Both the position numbers and the translations under genes were made by a program. The notes under the pieces are model-generated. The model had not been told where the DNA came from and made no database searches. It worked only from the letters and a program-made list of their open reading frames with translations. A stretch of 57,418 nucleotides of DNA, the filler included, from Sphacelaria rigidula (lineage: Eukaryota): assembly GCA_964200075.2 (NCBI GenBank). It is 6 parts of 6 records of this genome, joined end to end, with 100 filler letters (N's around TTAATTAATTAA, not from the genome) between each part and the next. Parts side by side here need not be neighbours in the genome. Positions count along the whole stretch, not along the records: positions 47,933 to 57,418 come from CAXNAA020008380.1; 5 more parts are not named here. One strand, written 5' to 3'. This document shows, one piece after another, positions 47,933 to 57,418 of the stretch (the first letter of the stretch is position 1; every line of letters starts with the position of its first letter).

Positions 47933-48181
47933 ACCCCCGTTCTCTCCACCCTAGTGGCGACAGTCGGACCATTACACCACCGGGGCGCGGCGGCTGTTGA
48001 GGAGAATAATGACCAGTTCGATAACTCAGGACCATAAGAATGGCCACGATACTCCCGCAGGACCGTTTCTCGATCTAGAATTTTTCCTGGGGACACGCAT
48101 GGTCGGTGCGGGGAGCTTCCTCGACGACCTGGGCATCCCTACTCCCCGCTTGCTCGAAAAAGAGCTCCCCCCCTCCCCTCT

Positions 48182-48365
48182 ATGCTCCGCCTCGAAGGGT
48201 ACGCGTGGTCACTCGTCAAACGTCCAAGGCAAGCAACAAGTGAGTACCCCCCCCCTCCCCTCTCCTCACTCTCGGCGCGCGCTCCCATGACAACAAAAGG
48301 GGACTGTCTGTGGTCAATGGTCGAACGACTAAGGCAAGCAACAAATGAGTACACCCACCCCCCTC
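48182..48365 (+). mobile_element. Two LINE family A 3' ends; the first has a 15-bp C-rich TSD
   Basis: Copies at 48182-48248 and 48308-48365; CCCCCCCTCCCCTCT at 48167-48181 and 48249-48263. Confidence 0.75.
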
Positions 48366-49473
48366 CCGAGGTTTCTCGGTATGCCTCCGTTGGGGTAGGT
48401 TTGTTCGAAATAATAAATCTCCGAGAAAGTTCTTCGCGATACCGAGTGATTACTAACTTCGCTATGGAAGGTCGATATTGGTCAAATAAAGGTACACTTC
48501 GGATATATTATGAGAGCAAAATATATTAGGAAAAAAATGAGCTTGGTAGTTTTTGCTGGATACAACTACGCCACTGACGGACAAAATAGGGTACTTTGCG
48601 AGGCCCTTGTTTCCCGCGGTGCTGTTCGGCCCTACATCGTGCTCTTCTTTCACGAAAGTTGGTGGAAATACTCTCTCTGCATGGGCTGTGGGTGCCTTGC
48701 ATTCGCGTGGGATTATTCCCAATGGTTTGGGCCTAGCACGAACAGCTCCAACTTCGGCGGTCACCTGCATCTACGTTGGGCTGAAATGGGTGGAATACCC
48801 ACTTGTGTCTTTTGCCCTTTATTATGCCCTGTTGATTCTCCATACCAAATTTGAAAGCCCAACACTCAAAATTGAGGAGAGAGTGGGCCTGCAACCTGTA
48901 GATCCGCTACTAGGCTGATCCAGCTCGTATGCCTTGGGTTGGGGGTAGCGTTAGGGTTGAACCATAGACCGCAAATCCCTGCTCCCAGATGGAGGCAGAT
49001 CGACTATTCCACATCTGGCGTTCAGAAAACTTGTTTCTTGAATGCACAAAACATACTTTTTTTAATGAATGTGTGGATGTTGGGCTTACACGTAGAAAAC
49101 AGTACCAGAGAACCCCTGGCCGGTTTTTACCTTGCAGTCAAGCGCGTGCAGTCCATATGTATCTTGTATGTTATATGTCTTCACTGGACACAACGGCAGA
49201 AAAGACTCAGCGTACTATCGCTCTCCACTGAACAAAGTCTACTGCACGCTGCTGACTTCTTTGCATATAAGAGTGTTGCACAACAACGCTCCAGTGTGAA
49301 GCTATATTGGTGACAAAAGAAGGATCAAGCAGGCGGCGAAGACTCCGAGCAGAGTAAAAAACACGTTGATTGTGTCCATCTTAAGCTATGGTCGAGTGGT
49401 ATCGACCAAAATGAAATATGGCTAAGACTACAAGGTAGTCCATCATCTGTTGTTCATCTGAGGTGTGCATACA

Positions 49474-50263
49474 GAGGGCGTGTCTCAGCACTTTTTTTTT
49501 CGATCGAAAAAGTGCGGTCGTATTTTTTTCCTCCATCTGGTACGTCAACCGTATTTCTGTTCCTAGAAGGCTTCAACTCATTTTTATAATTCGTGGCGCG
49601 CGAAGAAGGAAAAAACAACGAAGCAAAACCTCTTCGATCGAAAACATGCGGTCGAAAGGCACGAAGCGACACTTGACTCCTATCTTACAGACCACCACGC
49701 CAGATACCACCAGTTCACAGAACCATGCAGACGCCACACAACTCATTCTCAGCTACCACCGCAAACCTGCAGCATGGAGCACGAGTGAGAACAGGGATAG
49801 ATACACTGCTGTAGGTGGGTATGCTTTGCTTATTTTGTGTTGGCGAAAACTTGAGCATCTTATTTCATGGTAGGGATCAGCGACGGAACTGCGCGGTAAG
49901 GTGGGCAACCGAGTAGCGTACACGCTCATGGACAGTGCAAGCAGTGAAAATTGCACGTTGTACAAGCTTTTTTCACGGTCCTTTGTAAGCAGAGTGAACA
50001 GATATTCCTGCTCTGTCTGTACTGCACGTTGCCCGCATCTCTTTCACATCCTACTGTACAAAACACGCACACACACACGCACTGCAAGCAAACAGTGCGA
50101 ACGAGAGACCAAGTACCGTTCCATGAACTCCACTGCCTTTTTTTCGATCGAAAGCTTGAAAATTCGCTTGGACCGAAGTCGACAAAAATGAGCAAGTTTT
50201 GCTTGTATCAATTCCACCGCCCCTTTTTCTTCGATCGAAAGAAATGTGCCAAGACGCGCCCTG
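49474..50263. mobile_element. hAT-like MITE with TTCGATCGAA subterminal motifs
   Basis: GAGGGCGTGTCTCAGCACTTTTTTTTTCGATCGAA ... TTCGATCGAAAGAAATGTGCCAAGACGCGCCCTG; TSD not convincing. Confidence 0.55.
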
Positions 50264-50590
50264 ACCATTCCTGTAGTGTTCACCACTTGGTCGATTAGAA
50301 CCTTCCCGGAATTTCATTATTTTATTTGAATGTGAACACCGATATTCGGGTCTTGAGTGAGGCTGACAGCACCAACTGCCCCATGCGTGCGTAAAACGCG
50401 TTTTCGTCAAGGCTACGATTTGAGGTCCGTCAACGTCAAACTTTGCCTAGGGAACGCTTCGCAAGGGTTCTCGGTATGCCTTGGGTTGGGGTTGAGGTTG
50501 GGGTTAGGGTTAGGGTAAGCGATAGTTCGAGATAATATGTTTCCGAGGAATTTCTAAATCGACCAAGTGGTAAACACACCTCGGCCATTC
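50264..50590. mobile_element. Small inverted-repeat element with internal TTAGGG-like run
   Basis: GTGTTCACCACTTGGTCGATTAGAA pairs with TTCTAAATCGACCAAGTGGTAAACAC; GGGTTGGGGTTGAGGTTGGGGTTAGGGTTAGGG at 50483-50515. Confidence 0.55.
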
Positions 50591-51703
50591 AGACTAATCA
50601 CAGCTCTAAAAATGGTCGATCCACTCCTCTTGGGTCTTAATCCTGCCTTGGAATTTCAAACTTTCCGTGGGGAAATCCCAAATGCACATGGGTGACTAAC
50701 TGAGCCTTCCGGCTATTTTGCGGATAGGCCCCCACTCCCTGTCAAAAACCACCCCTCTAACCCCCCGGGAGCCCTGGATGCCCCTGGACTGTCAGGTGGA
50801 ACTGTTCTGAGGCGACGCTCGCAGTCTAAGGGCTAACCCTTTGGCCACCACCCACCCTTTGACCACCAGGGCAAGCCATCTAGGTCATGAATTATTTATT
50901 CAATTGATCTGATGCTGCATCAACCGATGACCTCCCCTGGGGGTCACAGGATTCACCCGTTGATCCTCAGATCAACTACTCGTACTAGATTTGAGCGAAT
51001 ATTAAGTCGATTCAGCAGAGGACCCACCCTGGTTGTGGAAGGGTTAACCCATAGACCGCGAGGGTAGTCCATCTGGAGCATGGCGTCCGCATCAGATGCC
51101 CAGTACGAATGTACTGCGCAGATATCGGAAAGGTTTTTAATGTGAAGACAACAGCAACAGCAACAACAACAACAAGATGACGATCCAACAGATGGCCCTC
51201 TCTCGCTGTCTAAAGTAATAGAAGTACTGTACGTATCTCAAAATCGAGGTTCCCGGTATATTTGACTGTAAATTAATGTAAAATATGCCAGGAAGCTCGA
51301 GTTTGAGATACAGTACATCTAATGAGGGTGATGTCCATGTTTTTACAAGAATGAAGTGTGTTCAGCGATGGAATTTATCCACCAGTTCGGGTGAGGGTGT
51401 CGTTCAACGACGAACGCACTCTGTGCATGATATGATACGGGGGCACTTTTATCTCCTCCATGTACTGTACTATACAAGAATCCATCGGCAGTGTTGACAC
51501 TTGGATTCGACTCTTTCGTAGGACTGACAGTCCCGAGCGCTACCAGTCGGTGCAGGACAAGCTGCTTTTTCTTGTCCGATGATGCTCGTGCTTGTTACGG
51601 CTGAAAATCAGAAAAATACACTACTTGCTCACGTGAATCATGAGTATTTTAGTGAGCGACGAACTCGGATCGACCTGGGCTTGTCGTATGTTGTCTCCTT
51701 TTT

Positions 51704-52114
51704 CTAAGACGAAGGAGCGAAAAAGATCGTGCCGTGCTGCAGAACCAAAACCGTGCATAGCGTGCCGCTTGGTTCGACACGGAGTGCGTATTTGGTATCA
51801 CCTGAGACTTGAGCGCCGTGCCGTAGATATCCAGCTGCCTCTAGCTGCGTGGGCCGGTCAGCCTCTAGCGGCATCGAAGTGCTTAGAAAGTTAGGGTTAT
51901 CACCCGCGGTCTTCCCTTCCCTCGGAGTATGCACAGCCGAAAAGCCCACCAAAACAACGACCGTCGCAATAAGCGCGACAACCAACAGTGCTAACCCGCG
52001 CCGCCTCGTCGAAAGTCCGTGAGAGCTCTCGGCTCTCGTCCTTGCTGCCGCCGTAGTCTCATGTCGATGTCTTGCCGTTGAAAGCAGCGGTCGAGACTCT
52101 ATATACTTCACCAT
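51704..52114 (-). CDS. Possible first exon of a type II membrane protein (unknown family)
   Basis: MVKYIESRPLL...STRRRGLALLVVALIATVVVLVGFSAV: basic residues then a ~21-aa hydrophobic segment; 3' boundary and downstream exons not established. Confidence 0.35.
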   Translation of the reverse strand: MVKYIESRPLLSTARHRHETTAAARTRAESSHGLSTRRRGLALLVVALIATVVVLVGFSAVHTPREGKTAGDNPNFLSTSMPLEADRPTQLEAAGYLRHGAQVSGDTKYALRVEPSGTLCTVLVLQHGTIFFAPSS

Positions 52115-54304
52115 GTCCAACACAAGTACTGGGGCAGTGCGGCAATTCACTGCTGCGTATATCGTGCCGTGGTGTGCTTGCACTTTACTGCCGTATTGTC
52201 TGTACTGTACTGTTGTCTGTTGCACTACAAAACTGTTGTGACTGTCACAAATTACAGGCAAACCACGGTTGGAAGTTGCGTCATTTCGTTTTTGCCTTTG
52301 TTTTCGCTGTCACATCTAACTCCTACCTTTCGTAGGGGTGAGCCCGCGGTCTCAAGGGATCGACGGCGGTCTCTTCCTCCCCTGGTCGCCGTCACAATGG
52401 AACAGAATAAGACTCTCTGTCTCAGGCCAACTTTCATTAGTGATGATCGCTAGGCAGAACACGTATTCTGGATGGCTGATTTCCTGCGGTCAGATCGCCT
52501 GACCGCACTTCCACGGTCGTCAAAGCCTAAGTCTTGCGGCCTGATTCTTACTTTATACCGCCCGTATCCCGTATTCTGCGCTGGAGGTGCTCATTCAGGA
52601 TACTATACCGATTAGAGCTCTATGCTAGTATCAAATTATTTTTTTTATGCAAGTAATGTCACCGAAAGCATTGCTCAGGCTACTTTTTATGTATCAAAAC
52701 ACCCATGATAGAAGAAAGAAAAAGCCGTTTTCCGATGAACCGTTTCTCGACATATCTTTTTGAAGTAAAATGTCATGTGGACGTTATGAAAAAAACCAGA
52801 CTTGAAGCAGGTCTAGGTTCCCGTCGTCTTCTTCTACACGACGTGTGGGGGGGAAATATTGAAATTTTCAAATCCGAGGCGCGTGAGAGAGACAGCGCTC
52901 TACCATTGTGTCGTGGTGTCCGGTCGATTCTTTCTGTACTCTTTTTTTTAATTGCTACTGTATGAGCAGTACATGGTGCTCTCGATGCAAAACGAACCCG
53001 ACAATGCCATACACTTTACGGTACCAACTGTAATCCCCGCTTGACCGCGGTCAGAGAAGCCCATACCGGGTCCGGTGCCACTTTCGTTCGCACAGAGAGT
53101 ATAGTTCTTGTCCGGCAGCTGGCGCCCAAAGTATTGAGCGAAGAATAGCTGGATTACAGAAGCGCATCCCGTATCTCACTGAAAAGGGGATTCATTGGAA
53201 GGGGAGCAATACTGAAGGCGAAACAAAGCTACGGGAGCGGTGTCTTTTTTAGCTGCGGACCTTTGGAGGGGTACTGTCTTGAGCCCTACCCTACTGCACC
53301 GACCGCTCTATAACTGGCAGTACTGCTGTACTGTTGGTCTGTGCAAGTTGAAAGCAGCGGGCGTACATCCTGGGTGGGAATTGTTTAGGTGAGAACTACT
53401 GTATTTCAGCGCCAGCTGCACGCGTGAACGATCATCGCCTTGCTGAGTGTGCATGTATGTATACAACTAACTGTATAGTGTTGGTGGAGTAGTTATGTTC
53501 GATATTTTCTGTTTCGCCTGCTTACTTTGAGTTTGATTGTTCCAAAAACCGTTGTGTTTTCGTGTCGAGTCCCGTTGTAGCTGCGACAACTCAACGTCAC
53601 TTGTCGGATTTCGCACACCCGTGTGAGAGCGGTCAATATGCAAGGGCTGCAGTAGCCATGCTTTTCATGTATCTATGCACTGCTGTGACGGTACTGCTGT
53701 ACTCCAGCTGCCGAGTACGACAGTGAAAAGCCGTCAAGTTCATCATGTTCCAGTTTCGTTCCATTTGCGAATTTAGTTCTTCGAACACGTCTGAAATTTT
53801 GCAGAAAAGCCGAAACGTGAAACTCTTCCGATCCGTTTTTCGTAACGGCACCATCTCCTGAACCTGCCAACTACGAGTAAAATACAAGTACCGCCTGTAA
53901 AAGGTTCAATCATTGTCGTGCCGGGTGCGACTGGGGTGCACGTTTCACGTTTCCTCCATTCGACAAAAAGGCTGATGAAAAACATGGGGGTTTTTTGGTG
54001 GTGAGCAGGTCCATCGATCCAAGAATTTTTTCAACACATGAGACGAATCATGAATCATGTCTCATGATGCTTGTATCACACGAATCGAACAATCGTCCGA
54101 TCGTATCAGCCGTATAGCATCATCATTTTTTGCAGTTGCTTTCGTACTTCGTTCCTCAACAACATGCACTTCTGGCCTTCCTCACCCTCGGGGAAATGGG
54201 TGGGGAAAGCCTCGTGAATCACCCGTTCAAAACAGGTTGACCTCTCACACATCCGACCGTCGGTCACCACCTGGAGATTGCGCTGCGCACGATAGTACAC
54301 TCGC

Positions 54305-54637
54305 ACAGGTCGCTCGGGTGGCTCAGTTGGCATCCTCGAAACCTTCTGACGGTTGGGTCGTGGGTTCCAATGTCGGAACGAGCTGGGATTTTTTCTCACA
54401 CAATTCCCAACAGCGGAGAGCGACCATGTCGTGGGTACACAGAATTCGACTCAATGGTCGACGAGGGGAAGGGACTGCTGAACCCCTCTCGTGATGAAAA
54501 AAAAAGGCAAGCACCGCAGAAGGAAGGTGGAGACCTCGAAAAAAAAATGTTCTTCCTCCTGTGTGACCCCGACTGGTGCGTCCAAATACACCGAAAGGTG
54601 TAGACCGGCGTCCAGAATAGATGGGATGACAACACAC
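54305..54637 (+). mobile_element. Full-length tRNA-derived SINE (~330 bp)
   Basis: A box TGGCTCAGTTGG (54319-54330), B-box-like GGTTCCAATGT (54363-54373), body, tail TAGATGGGATGACAACACAC; four partial copies elsewhere in the window. Confidence 0.88.
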
Positions 54638-55085
54638 CAGCCTTCAGCCCCTCTGGTTCTCCCCGCCCTAGTAGCAGGCGTGTGCACCCACTCAAGCAGT
54701 ATACACACGCCCCCCAACCAATGAATACTGTGTCGGCTGGAACCAGTTTAACCTCGAGACTTGAAAAAAAAAAATACTGTACCGGTATCAGGTAACTCGT
54801 GGACAGACGCGTCTTGAACGAGTCTCCGGCCGTCACGCCGGCATCGGTAAAACATGTACTGACCCGCCGTGATCGAGTTTCCAAACATCACACCTATGGT
54901 TCTGTGACGGAACTTTGACAACAAATCGATTAAAATATAAAAAACTGGCATCGGTTGACCCTAGAGATCGACGCCCCACGACAAAAGCACCAGCTATCGT
55001 ATCCATGGTTCCCCAGAGGACCAGGGTACCTCTAGCTGGTTTCCGGGACCCGTTGCATGTCGCACCACTCAACCAAACAGCGTGG

Positions 55086-55489
55086 TAGGCCTTGACCGAT
55101 AAGGCACGCCAAAGGCGTGCCTGAGGCAAATGGACGAGGGCCTGCCGCAGGCGAAAAAATTGGGGGTCAGGCAACAACTAAGGCATGCCTGACACTCAAT
55201 TCCATGCCTGACACTCAATTCCATGCCTGATGAGTCGAATCCATTCCTGAGATGCCTTGGTTTCTGGATTCGATTTGACTCAGATTTGCCTTGGACAACC
55301 TGCCGGGTATCCCGACTAGTTGGAGTTGGCGTCGTCGTTCGTGTGCCTTACGCCCATTCTTTTTTGTAGTATATGTGTTTTCCTCGCCCAAAGAAGCCAT
55401 GTCAGGCACCATACCCCCTCTCAGGCAACCACTTTCTGAAAAGGGGCTCTAAGGCAAAAAGTAAGGTATGCCTTAGAAGTTAGGGCCTA
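55086..55489. mobile_element. hAT MITE (404 bp)
   Basis: Perfect 8-bp TSD CAGCGTGG (55078-55085 and 55490-55497); imperfect TIRs TAGGCCTTGACCGATAAGGCA / TGCCTTAGAAGTTAGGGCCTA; many internal TGCCTGA motifs. Confidence 0.85.
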
Positions 55490-56398
55490 CAGCGTGGTGA
55501 GCGCGACATGCCCAACAAAATCGGATGGAAGTCCCTCCCAATCGCGCGCTCAAAATGCACTCCAAGCACAATTCACGTTGGCACAAGACTATACAGCCCC
55601 CGCAAGAAAGGCCGGTGGCTAACCACACGATAGCCAGACTAATGTAACCACGCCATGTATTGTGACCACGCCACAGAGGAATCCATTCCGCGCCACTTCC
55701 TCGGTGGAAAGCACCGGCCGGGTGATCGGGAGAGCTGATGGTGAATACGTAGAACTACAGACAGTTACTCGCACTACTGCGTCGGGAAAATTCAGCACTC
55801 AGCAGAAATCTCTGCGAGGAAAACCCGATCCCCAGGAGAAACGTCGGCATTAGCGCCCCGCGTCCGAACACAGCCACGAACACATATCCAGCTCTAAGTG
55901 ACACGGGTAGTCCGATAAAATGCGAAATAAACAAGATTCAGAGAATCTGCGCTCGTCGCATGACAAGAACCAAATTCCTCGTCCACGAAAATAATCATCA
56001 CATGCGTAAAATGGCAAGGGATTGACAAAAAGCCTTGGAAAAAACGGCAATTTCAACTAATGGGGTACGAAAAATGGATACAACAGTATAAGAGTCCAAA
56101 GCACAATGGAGAAAAGGAAAAGGAGCTTGACGAAAAGCCTGAGGAAAACGGAAATTCCATTCTGAATGCTCTGCACCATTACAATATGATATGCACTGGC
56201 GGCGAAATTTACGTCGGTAGTACAGAAGGATATACACACTCGAAAATTTCAACCACAGACAGCTGTTTTCATCCATCTTAACATTTAAAAAACAAAGTAA
56301 AAATAAGTGTTTTTGAAGATTGTGCGTACTGATCCATGTGACCGATTAAAGTGGATCATTGAAGTGTTTCTTTTTTTTAACGTTTGAACCATGTATTG

Positions 56399-56827
56399 AT
56401 CTCGATTTGTACAAATATGAGGATTTCAGTCCGTCTACAGGCAATTTTCTCCCGTGGATTGATTTTTCGGACCCCAGTCCGTGGGGTAATGTTTTTTCGG
56501 TTAGTCGTGAGAAAACCCGATCAATTCTCCGATTCTCTGGACGTTCACTTTCGGTGTATTGCCTTCCTGCTCAAATCGGGACACTCCCGCATCTTCTCCG
56601 ATTTTTCCCGATTAAAAAAAAAGTGTCGGGGGAGATGCGGGACTGTCCCAATTTGAGGGGTAAGGTGACGTATCAAAAGTTAACGTCCAGAGAATAGGAG
56701 AGTTGATCTGGTTTTCTCACAGCTAGCCGAAAAACAGTGCCCAACGGACTGGAGTTCGAAAAATCAATCCACGGGAGAAAATCGCCTGTAGACGGGCCGA
56801 AATCCTCATATTTGTACAAATCGAGAT
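56399..56827. mobile_element. Full-length foldback MITE (~205-bp arms, tiny spacer)
   Basis: ATCTCGATTTGTACAAATATGAGGATTTC ... GAAATCCTCATATTTGTACAAATCGAGAT; pairing continues to the centre near 56610. Confidence 0.85.
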
Positions 56828-57418
56828 TCGTTGCCATAAACGATGATCTTAGACAGCGAGCGTCACCTCGGAACAGTTCCACAGGCTGACATTCCGGAGA
56901 CATTCGGGAGTTTCCAGTGGCCGGGGTGTATGGTTTTTGAGGGGGGGGTGTTTGTCCGCAGAGGATCCGAAAAGCTCACGAAGTCAACCATGTGTGTATG
57001 GAAGTTTCCCACGGAAAATTATGAGCCTTGCACGAGGCCCGGGAGGCGCGGGATGCCCATTCTGACCAATCACAGTCGTCAAAATGAGCACGTTCTTCCG
57101 ATTCGGGTGGACTATATTGGACTAATTCCCTGTCTACCCCCACGACTCATTTTGGTCATGGGAAATCAACCATAGATTACACGAGTACGAATAACTTGTT
57201 TTGTGTTCTGCTCGTGGTCTACGCCGCCTGCCTGACCCCTCATATGCTGCCAGCGTAGCTTCACACTGTCTGTTGTTGTTCTTGAGCCTTAGGCAGAGGC
57301 ATCAGCAGCATGCAGTAATTTGTGTTCAGTCGAGAGCGATGACACACTTATACTGTTGTCTTTTACCGTTGTATCGTATATGAGGGTGTCTGTTTTTTTT
57401 TTTTTTCTGAGGTTAACC

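Noticed and set aside
46530-50110. Apparent 3.6-kb element bounded by 460-bp inverted repeats
   Set aside because: The two arms lie on different contigs across an artificial spacer; they are dispersed copies.

Overview
The window is six unrelated eukaryotic contigs of almost identical length (9487, 9487, 9486, 9486, 9486, 9486 bp), joined by an artificial 100-nt spacer (44 N + TTAATTAATTAA + 44 N). Nothing should be inferred across the spacers. Intron style, the 5S sequence and the repeat families point to a brown alga (Ectocarpus-like stramenopile); this assignment is inference. Host genes, all on the minus strand: an apparently complete 3-exon MON1, five internal exons of the DEAD-box helicase DDX54/DBP10 (one GC-AG intron), and the last 3-4 exons of a DXO/Rai1-family gene that the ORF track misses and whose catalytic E-x-K motif appears to be replaced. 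The rest is mostly mobile DNA: a decayed Ty3/Gypsy element whose integrase ends in a chromodomain plus a Tudor-like domain, a double-palindrome unit with inward-facing tRNA-like promoter boxes where its 3' LTR should be, DIRS and LINE RT fragments, a tRNA-derived SINE family, many LINE 3' ends lodged in poly(C) tracts (one fused to a 5S rRNA copy), and hAT, Mutator and piggyBac MITEs with visible TSDs. All family assignments come from manual translation and motif recognition; no database search was run.
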